A stretch of DNA of 64,000 bases from an uncultured Verrucomicrobiae bacterium (lineage in GTDB: Bacteria > Verrucomicrobiota > Verrucomicrobiia > Limisphaerales > Palsa-1400). The stretch lies in contig OY969763.1 of the NCBI GenBank assembly GCA_963702845.1, positions 4,576,001-4,640,000 on the forward strand, given 5' to 3'. The notes beneath the pieces were generated by a model. The model was not told where the DNA came from and did not search any database. It saw nothing but the letters and a program-made list of their open reading frames with translations. Made by a program: the position numbers and the translations under genes. Position 1 is the stretch's first letter. Each line of letters begins with the position of its first letter. Below are positions 62,406 to 64,000 of the stretch, piece after piece.

Positions 62406-64000
62406 ATGAGAACTTGTTTTATCTTTGCGATCGCGATGGGGCTGGCAGCGGGTCTGAATGCGGCGGAGCGGCCCGGTGAGCTAGCGGTCGGCATTGCGCA
62501 GCATGCATTTGACCATCTGGGCGAAATTAACGACCAGGCTGAGGCCGCTGCCTCGAGCGGCGCGACGGTGATTTACTCGACAGGGTTTGGCGCCGCTGGT
62601 TACGTAGGTCTGCCGCCGGACGCAGAAATGAAAGCGATGGCGACCAAAACGCGGGCGTATCTTACCGGTGCGCACAAGCGAGGCATTCAACTGGCGATTG
62701 GATATGTGTGCGCGACGTCGATTGTGAAGCTCGATACTTTCGACAAGAATTGGCCGGACACGTTTCGCAAACAATTCTCGTCGGCACCACGCACGTGGCT
62801 GCAAGTCGGTGTCGATGGCAAGTCGCTGCCGTCGTGGTATGGCGGCGATTACCTGCCCGCCTGCATGAACAACCCCGATTGGCAAACTTACGAAAAAGCC
62901 ATGGTGAAGATGCAATTGGATGTCGGCCACGATGGCATCTTTTTCGACAATCCAACGGTCCATCCTCAAGGCTGCTATTGCGAGTATTGCATGAGGAAGT
63001 TTCAAAAATACCTCGTCGGAGTAGGCGTAAAACTGGATGTGCCGTCCGCCGGTTTTGTTGAATACATGCGCAAAGTCGCAGCGGCACATCCGCAGGAATT
63101 TGCGCGATCCCGATGTAGTATCGCGCGAGATTTTCTCGAAGAGATCCAAAAATTCGCGCGTACGATTAATCCGAAGGCGATCATCACGTGCAACAACAGC
63201 CTCAACACTCCGAACGTGTTTTTTTCGCAGTCGCGTAACTACGGCTACAACATTCACGAGATGAGCAAGGTCGAAGATTTGGTCGTGGTCGAAGATGGAA
63301 TCAGCCAGCCACGGACTTTGGCCAATGGCAGCACCGTCGAATACGGGCACATGTACGAACTGTTGCATGCCATCTCGCACAATAAACCCGTCGTGGCCGT
63401 AACGATTGCTGACGGTGATTATCACACGGCACCGAACTTGATGCGCCTGGCGATGGCCGAAGCTGCCGCCCATAACGCTTCGTATCTTTCATGGCCGACG
63501 TGGCCGGAAAAAGAACGCGAGCGGATGTCCGCTGCTGTTCGCCCGGAAGCGGACCTTCTCCGAACGTCAGCGCCCCTTTTGAATCTGGCCCGGCGGCGGG
63601 CCGACGTTGTTTTTTATATTCCGGTTGAAAAATGGTCGACGCTAAGCGATACCGAATTGCTGAACTGTGTCAGCGTGTTGGAGAATCAAAACATCCAATT
63701 CGTCGCCGCGTGTGAAGATAACATTGGCGAATATCTCAAAGTAAAACCAATGCCGGTCGTTGTTGCTCTTGGCAAACATGACGATACACACCTTGATCCA
63801 TTCCGCAATAATCATGGTGTGGTCCTTTCGACGACCGACGACAAAAACTGGATTGGCGATATGCAAAAGGCATTAACAAACGCGCCAACGTTCAAAGTCC
63901 CGCGGTCGGTTCGCGTCGTTGTCCGGGACCAACCAGAAAGAACGATCGTTCATTTACTAAACCTGAACGTGCAACGAATTTCCTCGTTCGAAGACAAAGT
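62406..64000 (+). CDS. Secreted glycoside-hydrolase-like protein, 3' end outside window
   Basis: Hand-translated: MRTCFIFAIAMGLAAGLNA signal; 'CMNNPDW', 'DGIFFDN', 'GCYCEYC'; absent from the ORF track, consistent with no in-window stop. Confidence 0.7.
   Translation, partial: MRTCFIFAIAMGLAAGLNAAERPGELAVGIAQHAFDHLGEINDQAEAAASSGATVIYSTGFGAAGYVGLPPDAEMKAMATKTRAYLTGAHKRGIQLAIGYVCATSIVKLDTFDKNWPDTFRKQFSSAPRTWLQVGVDGKSLPSWYGGDYLPACMNNPDWQTYEKAMVKMQLDVGHDGIFFDNPTVHPQGCYCEYCMRKFQKYLVGVGVKLDVPSAGFVEYMRKVAAAHPQEFARSRCSIARDFLEEIQKFARTINPKAIITCNNSLNTPNVFFSQSRNYGYNIHEMSKVEDLVVVEDGISQPRTLANGSTVEYGHMYELLHAISHNKPVVAVTIADGDYHTAPNLMRLAMAEAAAHNASYLSWPTWPEKERERMSAAVRPEADLLRTSAPLLNLARRRADVVFYIPVEKWSTLSDTELLNCVSVLENQNIQFVAACEDNIGEYLKVKPMPVVVALGKHDDTHLDPFRNNHGVVLSTTDDKNWIGDMQKALTNAPTFKVPRSVRVVVRDQPERTIVHLLNLNVQRISSFEDK

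Noticed and set aside
62481..63473. 330-aa minus-strand ORF
   Set aside because: Antisense shadow of the plus-strand gene starting at 62406

Overview
A 64-kb, fairly GC-rich stretch of bacterial core chromosome. Gene content and protein style suggest Verrucomicrobiota (Pedosphaerales-like); this is inference, not a database result. Housekeeping genes include mfd, pyrF, gap, rsmD, glgC, rny, der, rpsU, infA, accBC, holB, nagB and a tamB-tamA-like pair. Two long ORFs run off the window ends and are missing from the supplied ORF track: a >1280-aa secreted beta-propeller/Ig/LamG/PKD/cytochrome c protein (minus strand, <1..3849) and a secreted glycoside-hydrolase-like protein (62406..>64000). No rRNA, tRNA, CRISPR array, transposase or prophage was seen. 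Seven genes carry eight single-base frameshifts, most likely sequencing or assembly errors. The main non-coding signals are: (i) a dispersed orphan promoter cassette TTGACA-N4-GCTACTTCACT-N-TAWAAT, found twice 36 kb apart between convergent genes, one copy followed by a hairpin, a boxA-like motif and a GCTAC/GTAGC repeat array; (ii) a sigma-54-type promoter (palindrome, IHF site, -24/-12) ahead of an uncalled 59-aa ORF; (iii) a cold-shock-like cluster (desaturase, rpsU, RRM protein, infA) with two structured leaders; (iv) an in-frame heptamer-repeat hairpin inside mfd; (v) many apparently leaderless promoters. Notable proteins include a Doc-like toxin with its catalytic His replaced by Gln, and a MarR-regulated ClC with non-canonical ion-binding residues.
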